Below, piece after piece: positions 1 to 9,206 of a DNA stretch of 64,000 nt. A model generated the notes under the pieces. The model did not search any database and had not been told where the DNA came from. It saw only the letters and a list, made by a program, of their open reading frames with translations. Source of the stretch: an uncultured Bacteroidales bacterium (GTDB taxonomy: Bacteria; Bacteroidota; Bacteroidia; Bacteroidales; UBA4417); assembly GCA_903879715.1 (NCBI GenBank), contig CAIRMR010000189.1, positions 30,613 through 94,612 on the forward strand. The letters run 5' to 3'. Each line of letters begins with the position of its first letter. Position 1 is the stretch's first letter. The translations under genes and the position numbers were made by a program.

Positions 1-415
1 CAGGATTTGCCTGGAACTGAAAAAATGTATAATTATCGCTCAGAAAGTTCTTTGGCAGATAATGAAATAACTGGTCATCAAAATGACAAAAAAAGCCTTC
101 AGTATCAACGGTCATTATTTCGTGCTGAGTAATCTGGTACGCGGGTAAAAAAAATATAGATGAATCGCCGAATTCATACATAGAAAGTCCTTTGCTTCGT
201 TTGGAATAGCCTTTTCTTTGATAGATAAAATCAAAAATAGGTTTGCGGTGCGGCGGAGATGGAAAAGTCATTTCATTTACGAAGGTCTCAAGGCGATTAA
301 CGTGAAAGTATGAGTGTTTGGCATTGGAAAGCACAGGTTTCCAGTCAAATGTTCTTGAATGGAATGTTGTTACTTCGGTAAGCAGCGAGACTGGTATATT
401 ATCAGGCTTTTCCAT
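1..415 (-). CDS. AraC-family transcriptional regulator, N-terminal part (gene runs off the window edge); third paralog of the 27154 and 28285 genes
   Basis: Translation from the ATG at 415..413 has no stop down to nt 1: MEKPDNIPVSLLTEVTTFHSRTFDWKPV..PPHRKPIFDFIYQRKGYSKRSKGLSMYEFGDSSIFFLPAYQITQHEIMTVDTEGFFCHFDDQLFHYLPKNF..FFQFQANP. It is collinear with the N-terminal halves of ORFs 27154..28053 and 28285..29193. Nt 1-25 are identical to 27645-27669. Confidence 0.8.
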   Translation of the reverse strand, partial: MEKPDNIPVSLLTEVTTFHSRTFDWKPVLSNAKHSYFHVNRLETFVNEMTFPSPPHRKPIFDFIYQRKGYSKRSKGLSMYEFGDSSIFFLPAYQITQHEIMTVDTEGFFCHFDDQLFHYLPKNFLSDNYTFFQFQANP

Positions 416-576
416 GCTTTTACAAAAAATGTTTGAATTTAAACCGGAAGGAAATATTTATTTACAGTTGTAACCAAAGTTCAGCATTATTATATGCATA
501 CTTTCGCATTTTAAATGGCTAAAAATAGATAAAAATATAAGATGAGGTTAATAATAGTAAATCCTTTTTCCTCAGT

Positions 577-1476
577 TTATATCTCACAAAGTAATGTTAC
601 CGGGAATTTCTCTTCACCATTTACTTTCATGTACGATTCCAGGTCGCTAAAAATACTTTCAAATCTATCAAATCCTGATTCGTAAACATAACTCCCTTCT
701 CTCTTAAAACTTTCTTTGATTTTTAGTTTACCAACCGTTTCAATTTTGTCCTTGAAGCCTATAATGTCTTTATGAGTGACTAAATGGTATGGCAGACCAA
801 AGAAGTAATTTGTTGCACTTTTGTAATATTTCCAGATTTCTTCAATATCCGGCTGGTACGAAAGCGTTATCATCTCATCAAATCCGGAACTTATTATCCG
901 GCCAGCAATAAAACAGTTATGAAAGTCTGCTGGTATTGGTTTGACTTTGCTTTTATAAGTTGTTGCAACCAGGTCGTATGTGCAATTTCCACGCTGCTGG
1001 GTCACTTTAACACAAACAACTGCATAATAATTTTTATCCGGTAGTTGAAAAGCAAGTATGTCGTCCGGCTGAAAATACAGTTTTGAAATAAGTCTGTATT
1101 TTTTCCGCTTCCTGATTTTATAATTCGACTGACTAATCTTCTCTAAAAGTTTGTCCAGTTCCTTCTGACGCTTTTTCCCTTCCGTTTTTCCTGATTTTTC
1201 AGTCCAACAATTAACGCCGGCTGCTACTGAAATTACATTTTTTACCTCTGTCAGAATTTCATTAGTCAGTTCGCCGATTTCCCAGAAAGCTAGTGCGTAA
1301 GCTGTTACAAATATTTCATGATAAAAATCAGTTTCTGAACCAAAGTCAGTTTTTACAAATGGAATCTCCTTTCTAATAATTTCTATACTTGCATCGCTGT
1401 CATACAAGTCCATAATTCCATTGTAGGTATCGCGTGAAAGGTCTCCATCTATTATTTTTGTTCCTTCAATTGCCAT
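577..1476 (-). CDS. hypothetical protein (N-terminal ~120 aa resemble DUF4259-type helical proteins; C-terminal part unrecognised)
   Basis: 299-aa ORF with an ATG start. The N-terminus (IIDGDLSRDTYNGIMDLY ... AYALAFWEIGELT ... KRQKELDKLLEKI) resembles the WG-x-FDND/helical pattern of DUF4259. No catalytic motif was recognised. Confidence 0.45.
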   Translation of the reverse strand: MAIEGTKIIDGDLSRDTYNGIMDLYDSDASIEIIRKEIPFVKTDFGSETDFYHEIFVTAYALAFWEIGELTNEILTEVKNVISVAAGVNCWTEKSGKTEGKKRQKELDKLLEKISQSNYKIRKRKKYRLISKLYFQPDDILAFQLPDKNYYAVVCVKVTQQRGNCTYDLVATTYKSKVKPIPADFHNCFIAGRIISSGFDEMITLSYQPDIEEIWKYYKSATNYFFGLPYHLVTHKDIIGFKDKIETVGKLKIKESFKREGSYVYESGFDRFESIFSDLESYMKVNGEEKFPVTLLCEI

Positions 1477-1637
1477 TGTATTCGGTCTTTAAGGTCGCTA
1501 GTTCCGTTTGTGGCTGCAAATAGTGGGAAATCAGGATGTTGCTGAACTTTTCGATGTGCTCAAGATCGCCTGCTTTTGAAATTCATTTTTCAACATCCTT
1601 ATTCTCTGTTTTATGATTCTGTATTTGTTACCGGCTT

Positions 1638-2825
1638 TTATTCTTTCAACTCTTTTTCAATAAGCTTTAAAGTCAATTCCAGTCCATTTGAATCTTTAAG
1701 CTTTTGCGAAATTCCGATTGCATTTTTCTTGTATTTATCATTGGAAACACATTCATTAATTGCTAATGAAAGCGCTTCTGCAGACAGCTTTTTAAAATCA
1801 CACGCATTGGGTCCCAAACCCAGTTTAACTATCTGTTTGCGATTCTCAAACTGATCCGCCATAAACGGAAACGCAACCTGTGGAATTCCGGCTCTTGCTG
1901 CCAATGCCATGGTACCTGTTCCGCCATGATAAACTATTGCCGCCAAACGTGGAAAAAGCAATTCAAAAGGCATTTCATCCACATATAATACATCCGCTGT
2001 ATTATTCTCAGGCAATTCAGCCCAGCCTTTAGAAACTATCAAACGTTGATTTGTAGTTTTTGCCAGATCGCTGAAAATCTGGTTGTATTTTTCGGGACGC
2101 GCAACCGGATTACTGCCAAACCCAATAAACACAGGAGGGTTTCCCGAATCAAGAAATTTTTCAACGTTCTCAGGTAATCCATTTTGTGAAGGAAGTATCA
2201 TATACCCGGTTTGGGTATACTTAAATGAAACGCCTTCACGAGCCGCATTTAACTCTTTATCACAGGCAACAATTACGTTGTCGCCCATCCAGTCTGCCCA
2301 AACATCTTTGATGGGCTGTAATCCAAGATTGGACCGCTTTTTATTGAGAAAGCTTTTCATCACCATATTTGTCATGGATTTTCCAAACCCAAACAGTAAA
2401 CGGTTTAGAAAAGGATCAGTATGGCTTGTCCCTAATAGTACCGGATAAAAAACGACAAACCGGTAAGGAACTTTTAAAATATCTGCAACTGTGTGAACGC
2501 CTAAAACAAATCCTACACCTAATACCAGATCGGAGCCTTTCAGTAATTCAGGCAGTAAATTGATTTGGGTTTCGGTCTCTTTTTTCATTTCTGCAGGAGA
2601 CGGTGATTTGGTTGCACCACCTTTCATTTGGGCGTTTTGCTTAAATAACTCCTTGTAATTTGGACCAAATGCCACAAATGGAATACTGTACCGATTTACA
2701 AGCTCTTCATTTTCGGGAGGCGCACAACAAACTATTTCGTGTCCATTTCTAACTAATCCTGTTGCCAGGGCAAGCATGGGTTGTACATCTCCCCTTGTAC
2801 CGTTTACTACTATTGCAATTTTCAT
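1638..2825 (-). CDS. GT1-family UDP-glycosyltransferase (MGT/sterol-flavonoid glycosyltransferase-like)
   Basis: N-terminus MKIAIVVNGTRGDVQPMLALATGL. C-terminal nucleotide-sugar motif YHGGTGTMALAARAGIPQVAFPFMADQFENRKQI is typical of GT1 (GT-B) UGTs. Confidence 0.85.
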   Translation of the reverse strand: MKIAIVVNGTRGDVQPMLALATGLVRNGHEIVCCAPPENEELVNRYSIPFVAFGPNYKELFKQNAQMKGGATKSPSPAEMKKETETQINLLPELLKGSDLVLGVGFVLGVHTVADILKVPYRFVVFYPVLLGTSHTDPFLNRLLFGFGKSMTNMVMKSFLNKKRSNLGLQPIKDVWADWMGDNVIVACDKELNAAREGVSFKYTQTGYMILPSQNGLPENVEKFLDSGNPPVFIGFGSNPVARPEKYNQIFSDLAKTTNQRLIVSKGWAELPENNTADVLYVDEMPFELLFPRLAAIVYHGGTGTMALAARAGIPQVAFPFMADQFENRKQIVKLGLGPNACDFKKLSAEALSLAINECVSNDKYKKNAIGISQKLKDSNGLELTLKLIEKELKE

Positions 2826-3127
2826 AATTATAAGTTGTATGATTTTTAACTTTTATGAAATGGTAAATAGTTTACGAGTTTATGAAAGAGTTTATGTTAA
2901 TCTCAATATCTGATAATCAGACTTTGTTTTTAGTTTGGCAGTTTGCAATCATCTGCTTTCAGTTTACAGCTTTCCCTTTAATCCCCGAACGCTTTCTTCC
3001 TTTATGCCAACTCCAAAGCGTCCGGGAAATCAAAAGTGTTGTTACCCAATCAACCAAACCACCGAACCACCGGTAAAATTATTTTGAATGCTTCTCCAAT
3101 TGTGTTTTGGAAGCAGCATTATTCATT

Positions 3128-4162
3128 TCACTGAGCCAAGGAGGGAAATACGCATGAAAAAATCAGGACTGCCAATCCGGCTGCCAGCCAAACAAAAGTA
3201 GCTCTCTTGCTGCCAACCCATTCTTTCAGAATGATTCCCCAAACGTTACTGAAAAGGATATTCAGCGACATCAGTATACTCCACGAAAAGGCCATCATGA
3301 TGCTGCCTTCAACAAAGAAACTCTTGCCTAAAGCCAAACCAAAAAACTGTGAATACCACAGAACCCCGGCCAAAGCACAAAACAACAGGTTGTTAACCAA
3401 TACTGAGCCTGGAACCGAGATGTATTCCTTAATTGTTTTATTTTTAATATTCTGAAAGATGCAGTAGGTAGCATTGGTAATAAAGCCTCCAACAGTTACC
3501 ATCAAAATAACCGGCAGACCGGCAAATAAAGCTTGGGTTCCCAATGAAAGAACGGTTTCTTTAATAGGTTCACCAGCGCTTAATCCAAGGCTGAAGCAAG
3601 CGCTCATTACACCAGCAAGGAGTGCAACCAACAAACCTTTTCCCAAAGCAAAATCTTTGATTGCTGCCTTTTGTTGTTCGGCTGTCATATTTTTGGAGCG
3701 CAAACTCCCTGCATAACCAATTATTGCAATTCCGGCTATTGCAATACAGACACCGATCAATAATATCAGTCCTTTACCTGTAAACAGGTCAGTTCCCATT
3801 AGCATGGCCGGAATTAATGTTCCGAAAGCCGAACAGGTTCCCAACGCTATCGACTGTCCGAGTGCAACACCCAGGTAGCGCATACTCAAACCGAAAGTCA
3901 GGCCACCAACGCCCCATAACATACCATATCCTAAGGCTTTAAGGGAGGCACCACTGCCACTGGAAAGAATAAGGCTTAATGAAGAACTTTCGGGAACTGC
4001 TAATAATGCTCCCAGATAGGGGAATACCAGCCAGGCAAAGATACCTTGTGTAAGCCAGAAACTTTCCCACGACCAATTTTTAACTTTTTTGATTGGAACG
4101 TAAGAACTGGATTGTCCCATGCTGCCAAATGCAATGATAATGATTCCTATAATTGTATTCAT
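3128..4162 (-). CDS. rhaT: L-rhamnose/proton symporter
   Basis: 344 aa, the same length as E. coli RhaT. It is polytopic and carries the motif YVPIKKVKNWSWESFWL (E. coli: YAPFKKVKKWSWETMW). Confidence 0.9.
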   Translation of the reverse strand: MNTIIGIIIIAFGSMGQSSSYVPIKKVKNWSWESFWLTQGIFAWLVFPYLGALLAVPESSSLSLILSSGSGASLKALGYGMLWGVGGLTFGLSMRYLGVALGQSIALGTCSAFGTLIPAMLMGTDLFTGKGLILLIGVCIAIAGIAIIGYAGSLRSKNMTAEQQKAAIKDFALGKGLLVALLAGVMSACFSLGLSAGEPIKETVLSLGTQALFAGLPVILMVTVGGFITNATYCIFQNIKNKTIKEYISVPGSVLVNNLLFCALAGVLWYSQFFGLALGKSFFVEGSIMMAFSWSILMSLNILFSNVWGIILKEWVGSKRATFVWLAAGLAVLIFSCVFPSLAQ

Positions 4163-4250
4163 ACGAGGATTTTATGATATAGGGCTTTTTCGTGCCTGTT
4201 TAAGACTAAGCCCTTCGGTTTGTTAGTTTTAGTGAATTCTGTTAAAGGTG

Positions 4251-4363
4251 CAAATTCCAGGTTTCAAATTCCAAATCTCTTATACCAGGACTGTTCTTTT
4301 TCTTTTATCTGATTTTCAATCTTTTCATCCGCTATCTCCTTGGGTCTTGAGACTTGGAATTTG
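4251..4363. repeat. three copies of the 9-mer CAAATTCCA (two direct, one inverted) forming a 14/15 inverted repeat in the rhaA-rhaT spacer
   Basis: caaattcca occurs at 4251-4259 and 4265-4273, and tggaatttg at 4355-4363. Segment 4265-4279 (caaattccaaatctc) is the reverse complement of 4349-4363 (gagacttggaatttg) apart from one mismatch. Confidence 0.6.
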
Positions 4364-4416
4364 GCTCTTGGTTTCTTTTAAATCTGATAATTTTATCCGG
4401 TTTAAAATCCGGGATA

Positions 4417-5673
4417 CTACCGTTTGCTTGTCACAGCTTTTTCATATGCCTCAATTTCAGCAATATAATCAACTCCTACTGCAACATTATTTTTCAAACA
4501 GAAATAGTCGAATACATCATTCCATGGTAAACCTTTAGCTTCTTCGAGCAAAGCAAGTCGCTGGAAATACTGTTCATTGGCTTCATACTCTCTCAGTTTT
4601 TCAATAGGCTCAAGCAATGCCTGCAGGAATGCTTTCTGCGTGGCACGGGCTCCGATTACATAAGCACCTATGCGGTTGATGGAAGCATCAAAATAGTCTA
4701 ATCCGATATTTACCCTGGTAAGTGCGTTTGCCCGGGTAATTTCCTGTGCCAGCATAGTTACGCTTTCGTTCAGGATCACCACATGATCACTATCCCAACG
4801 GACAGGACGGCTAACGTGCAACAACAATTCGGGAAGATAGAGAAGGAAGGAAGATATCTTATCAAATATCTCTTCTGTTGGGTGGAAATGGCCAAGGTCT
4901 AAGGTTGCCATAATTTGATTTTGTATGGCATAACCCATATAAAATTCGTGAGAACCTGCTGTGAAACTTTCAAGTCCGGTTCCAAACAATTTACATTCTA
5001 CTCCGTCTTTAACATTTGCGAATTTCTGTGCAAATATTTTATCCAGTGAATCTTTGAGAAGAGAACGATACAACAAACGATCAACAGTTAAATCTTTTTG
5101 CCCGTCGTGTACCCAAAGGTTGTGGCAGGCTTTGCTTCCCTGCTGACTTCCCATTGCATCGGCAATGCGACGGCTACGGATAGTATGCTCAATCCAGAAA
5201 TCACGAATGCCTTTATCCCGATGCGATAAGGATTGATCCCCGCTTTTTGGATGTGAAAAACTGCTGCTGTTGAAATCTAGCTTCATGTTAACACCTTTGG
5301 CCCAATCAATCCAGCTTTGGAAATGCTCCGGCTCAATCTGGTCACGATCTACTTTTTTGCCGCCAAAATCGCCGTAAATAGCGTGTAAACTTAAACGATG
5401 ATCGCCGCCTAATAAGGTTTTTACTTTTTCAACATCTTTGCGAACTTCTTCTATGTTGCGTGCCTTGCCGGGATAGTTTCCGGTTGCCTGTATTCCACCG
5501 CTGAGTGATCCGCCTGAATTTTCGAATCCTGTTACATCATCCGTTTGCCAACAATGGAGCGACAACGAGATATTTTGCAATTGTTCTAACGCTTTGTCTG
5601 CATCTACACCCAAAGCGGCGTATCTTTCTTTTGCTACCTGATAGTTAAGACCTATCTGAACATCATTTTTCAT
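4417..5673 (-). CDS. rhaA: L-rhamnose isomerase
   Basis: 418 aa, collinear with E. coli RhaA: SLHCWQTDDVTGFE, GGIQATGNYPGKARN, LDLGHFHPTE, LLLHVSRPVRWDSDHVV, GLDYFDASINRI. Confidence 0.95.
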   Translation of the reverse strand: MKNDVQIGLNYQVAKERYAALGVDADKALEQLQNISLSLHCWQTDDVTGFENSGGSLSGGIQATGNYPGKARNIEEVRKDVEKVKTLLGGDHRLSLHAIYGDFGGKKVDRDQIEPEHFQSWIDWAKGVNMKLDFNSSSFSHPKSGDQSLSHRDKGIRDFWIEHTIRSRRIADAMGSQQGSKACHNLWVHDGQKDLTVDRLLYRSLLKDSLDKIFAQKFANVKDGVECKLFGTGLESFTAGSHEFYMGYAIQNQIMATLDLGHFHPTEEIFDKISSFLLYLPELLLHVSRPVRWDSDHVVILNESVTMLAQEITRANALTRVNIGLDYFDASINRIGAYVIGARATQKAFLQALLEPIEKLREYEANEQYFQRLALLEEAKGLPWNDVFDYFCLKNNVAVGVDYIAEIEAYEKAVTSKR

Positions 5674-5735
5674 GGTTTTTGATTTTTTGTATTTTTGTTT
5701 TATTAATTGATTACTGTGTAAGAGTTTGGCGGAGT

Positions 5736-7034
5736 TTACTTTAAAAACACTTTCCTTAATTCTTCAACTTGATTATCATTAATGGGAACCATTTCACCTA
5801 GTGATGCGCCAATAACCAATGATTTGGCACTAAATTCGGCAACTTCGAGCCGGTCGAATGTTTGCAGAAGCTGGTTCCCTGTAATAAGTACCGAATCGTT
5901 CTGAATAATTACGGCAGGATTAGTACCTGAAATTATTTGAGCGATTTCATTGTTTTCTTTAAAAAGACTGGTGAAATTTAGCGAAGGCACATCCTGTAAA
6001 AAGATCCAGCTTTCGGGGATGGTACGTACATTGAAATGGGTTTTGGTCACGCTAAAAGCCATCAGGTAGGGCGATTGCGTCATGATAATTGAATTTACAT
6101 CCGGGTTGCGTTTGTAAATTTCCTGGTGAAGCCAAGCGGCGCGGCTGGGTATTTTACCAGGTTCTCGTTCACCGTTTTTTACCTGCACAATATCACCGAT
6201 TTCCAAATCCCATCGGGGTACATCGGTCGGCGTTATCAGAAAATCATTGTTTCTCCATCGCATCGATACTGTACCGTACGAACTGATCATCAGGCCCTGT
6301 TCACAAGCTCGCTTGACGATTTTACATATTTCAGCACGTTTCTCGCATTCGTCGGATGGATAATCAACCTGATCCATTTCCGGTAGGACGGCAGGCACCT
6401 GGGCATCAAATTCACCGATTTGCTCATCAGTTAAATATTCAGGTTTGCCAATACCAGAGCCAAATAATATGGCCCTTGCACAAAATTCCAGAGTCTCAAA
6501 ACGTTGAAAAACATCAGCCATATCACTTCCGCCAACCACCGTTCCGTGGTTTTCCATAATAATGGCTTTGAATCCTTTCTCGAATTCTTTGGCAATTACT
6601 TTACCAAGGGCGTTGCTTCCTGGAAGTTCATAATCGGCATATCCGATTGTTCCACAGACATGCCTGGCCTGCGAAATCACATTGGTATCGGGTATCTTGC
6701 GCACAATGCTGAACGAAACCAATGCCGGAGGATGTGCATGAATAATGGCTTTTAAATCGGGACGTATGTCATAAATAGCTCTGTGAAAAGGGTATTCAGA
6801 CGAAGGTTTATGCTTCCCGACGATGGTGCCGTCGCGTTTCACGCAAACAATATCCGAAGGCCTTAACGAACCTTTGTCAATAGCTGAGGGAGTGACCCAC
6901 ATATCACCATTCTCTTCAATAATTGACACATTTCCGCCTGTTGTGGTTGTCATTCCACGCTTATATATCCTGCTGATGATCAACGTGATCTGATCACGCG
7001 GATGCATTAATTTAGTGTTCAGTTTCTCGTTCAT
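5736..7034 (-). CDS. tandem class II aldolase/adducin-domain protein (intact FucA/RhaD-like N-domain plus a degenerate C-domain)
   Basis: The N-domain has GGNVS, PSSEYPFH, IHAHPP and ENHG, which are the Glu and three Zn-His positions of FucA-type aldolases. The C-domain aligns but reads YGTVS, IPSRAAWLH, IIMTQSP and IQNDSV, so all four positions are replaced. Confidence 0.8.
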   Translation of the reverse strand: MNEKLNTKLMHPRDQITLIISRIYKRGMTTTTGGNVSIIEENGDMWVTPSAIDKGSLRPSDIVCVKRDGTIVGKHKPSSEYPFHRAIYDIRPDLKAIIHAHPPALVSFSIVRKIPDTNVISQARHVCGTIGYADYELPGSNALGKVIAKEFEKGFKAIIMENHGTVVGGSDMADVFQRFETLEFCARAILFGSGIGKPEYLTDEQIGEFDAQVPAVLPEMDQVDYPSDECEKRAEICKIVKRACEQGLMISSYGTVSMRWRNNDFLITPTDVPRWDLEIGDIVQVKNGEREPGKIPSRAAWLHQEIYKRNPDVNSIIMTQSPYLMAFSVTKTHFNVRTIPESWIFLQDVPSLNFTSLFKENNEIAQIISGTNPAVIIQNDSVLITGNQLLQTFDRLEVAEFSAKSLVIGASLGEMVPINDNQVEELRKVFLK

Positions 7035-7070
7035 TTCTTTGTTTTTAACAATTCACATTCCCTTTGAAAT

Positions 7071-7592
7071 CTAAAATAGTAGAATCAGAACGGTAAATAA
7101 AATTCCTGCGCCTGCCAATATCAATCCACGTTTATGAGTTTTGCTACCAGGTTTAAACATCCAAAGTGATGAAATTGCCATAAATAGGAGTAGAGCACCA
7201 AAAACCAGGTTGAACCAATGCGTTGCCTTTAAGCTGATAGCCTTGTGAAAATCAGTGAGTTTATTGAAAGGGAACATAAGTTCTTTGACTGTAACCACAG
7301 CAGCGCCTGAGGTTTGATTGTAATAACCGTTTTCAAAAGACACTATTTCACCTTCGGTTTTAGTGATTTTTATTTCGCGCATCCTAAGTTCCTTGGCAAG
7401 GTCTTCAACTGCCAGGCCGGGTTTCAACTGCTTCTCCATAGTGACTTGTTTCTGCATAAAATCGGTGTTCCTGTACATAAGCAGTATCCCGCTTAAAGCG
7501 TAAACCACTACCAGCCCAAAAACAAAAAAGCCAATGTCGCGGTGCCAAATCCGTATATACTGGATCAATGATTTACTCTTCTTCTCTTCCAT
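7071..7592 (-). CDS. small membrane protein, PepSY-associated-TM-like
   Basis: 173 aa with an N-terminal WHRDIGFFVFGLVVVYALSG helix and two C-terminal TM helices. No catalytic motif. Confidence 0.4.
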   Translation of the reverse strand: MEEKKSKSLIQYIRIWHRDIGFFVFGLVVVYALSGILLMYRNTDFMQKQVTMEKQLKPGLAVEDLAKELRMREIKITKTEGEIVSFENGYYNQTSGAAVVTVKELMFPFNKLTDFHKAISLKATHWFNLVFGALLLFMAISSLWMFKPGSKTHKRGLILAGAGILFTVLILLF

Positions 7593-7694
7593 AGTGTAAT
7601 TTCGTGTATTAGTTTTTTAAATCTGTTACCTGATTTATTATTTGTTAATCCTTTCCAAAGTCAATATTGATGGGCAATCTCTTTTAGGAAAATT

Positions 7695-9155
7695 TTATTG
7701 CTTCCCCGTTTGCTGTTTTAAAATAGATTGGTAATTGTAATAGCTTTGCTTTGGTATCCGTTGTTGCGTATCGAAATCAACATGAATAATTCCGAATCTT
7801 ACGGTATATCCGAATATCCATTCAAAATTGTCCCAGCCACTCCATACACAATAGCCTTTCAGGTTTGCTCCATCAGTTTTTGCCTGTAAAGCGGCAGCTA
7901 TATGCCGGGTAATGTAATCGGAACGTAAGATGTCATTTACTTTTCCATCTACTACCTTATCTTCATTGTTATTAAAGAATGCTCCATTTTCAGTAATAAT
8001 GGTTATGGGATTTCCATATTCATTCTTGATTCGCATAAGCAGGTTGTACAATTCCTCAGGCCTTACCGGACCGTTATTCATTTTGACTGAATCCGTATTA
8101 TTGCCCATCCACGAAACACCCATCGGGGAGTTTTTGTCATGCTTAACCAAAGCCGGGGCATAAAAATTGATTCCTAAAAAATCCGGTTTGTTCGAAACAA
8201 TTAACTTCATATCCTCCGCTGACGGCTGGAAAGAAGGATTGTATTTTTGAATGGCTGATAAAGCGTTTACCGGATAATTGCCTTTGAAAACCGGGTCGAG
8301 GACTATCCTGTTCAGCAATTCATCCTGAAGCGATACTGCCTTTACATCAGCCGCATTAGTTGAATCCATTGGCAGGCAGGGCGAAAGATTAAATGTAATG
8401 CCGATCATTCCATCAAGTTGAAGGCTGTGGTATAATTTTATCGCTTCGGCACTTGCCAGGAATTGGTGATGTACGTTATTGATTTCATTTGCGTATCTGA
8501 CGTTAGCCGGCTCCTTGCTTTGCATAGGATTCATCAAAAAATCGGCAAGGAAAAACTCAATGTAAGGCTCATTGAAGGTGATAAAATGAGTTACTTCTTT
8601 ACCGAAATTTTCAAAAATAACCGAAGCATATTCTTTATACCATTGAATCGATTCGCGATTAGTCCAGCCGCCTTTTTCCATCAGTGCCTGTGGCATATCG
8701 AAATGATACATTGTAACAAATGGCTGTATGCCGGCATCTTTTAAATCTTTGATCAGGAGGTGATAATGTTCGATGGCTTTTTGATTGACCTCACCTGTAC
8801 CTTGTGGTATAATGCGGCTCCATGGAATTGAAAAGCGATAGGTATTCACACCCAACTCCTTCATCAGTTTAATGTCCTGCAGGTATTGTTTCCTATCGTA
8901 CATATTGATGGCAATATTCGCGGTTTGCTTTTCGCCGATGGTAAATTGAGTAACGCCAATTTTATTTGCGAAAAAATCCCATTTGCTTTCCCCTTTTCCA
9001 TCTGCCTGGTATGCTCCTTCAACCTGGTAAGCCGCTGTTGCAACGCCCCAGAGAAAATCATCGGATACTTTTTGAGTTGGATTATCCTTATGTTGGTTAC
9101 AAGCATAAGTAATTGAAAGGGAGGTTATTAACAATAAAATAAAAGATTTTCTCAT
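7695..9155 (-). CDS. GH1 beta-glucosidase, lipoprotein signal
   Basis: FLWGVATAAYQVEGA, acid/base motif TFNEP, nucleophile motif ITENG. The N-terminal signal ends in ...ITYAC. Confidence 0.9.
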   Translation of the reverse strand: MRKSFILLLITSLSITYACNQHKDNPTQKVSDDFLWGVATAAYQVEGAYQADGKGESKWDFFANKIGVTQFTIGEKQTANIAINMYDRKQYLQDIKLMKELGVNTYRFSIPWSRIIPQGTGEVNQKAIEHYHLLIKDLKDAGIQPFVTMYHFDMPQALMEKGGWTNRESIQWYKEYASVIFENFGKEVTHFITFNEPYIEFFLADFLMNPMQSKEPANVRYANEINNVHHQFLASAEAIKLYHSLQLDGMIGITFNLSPCLPMDSTNAADVKAVSLQDELLNRIVLDPVFKGNYPVNALSAIQKYNPSFQPSAEDMKLIVSNKPDFLGINFYAPALVKHDKNSPMGVSWMGNNTDSVKMNNGPVRPEELYNLLMRIKNEYGNPITIITENGAFFNNNEDKVVDGKVNDILRSDYITRHIAAALQAKTDGANLKGYCVWSGWDNFEWIFGYTVRFGIIHVDFDTQQRIPKQSYYNYQSILKQQTGKQ

Positions 9156-9206
9156 GCTTAGTTTTTTCTTTAGTGCCTTTTTATATTAAGCAGATGATAT
9201 TTTCCT

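Noticed and set aside
2882-3076. 64-aa plus-strand ORF in the GT1/rhaT spacer, together with a minus-strand reading ...YRWFGGLVDWVTTLLISRTLWSWHKGRK that looks like a small membrane-peptide tail.
   Set aside because: The plus-strand ORF has no motif support. The minus-strand reading has no in-frame start, because a stop lies immediately upstream and the nearby ATG is in another frame. The evidence is insufficient to call either a gene or a pseudogene.
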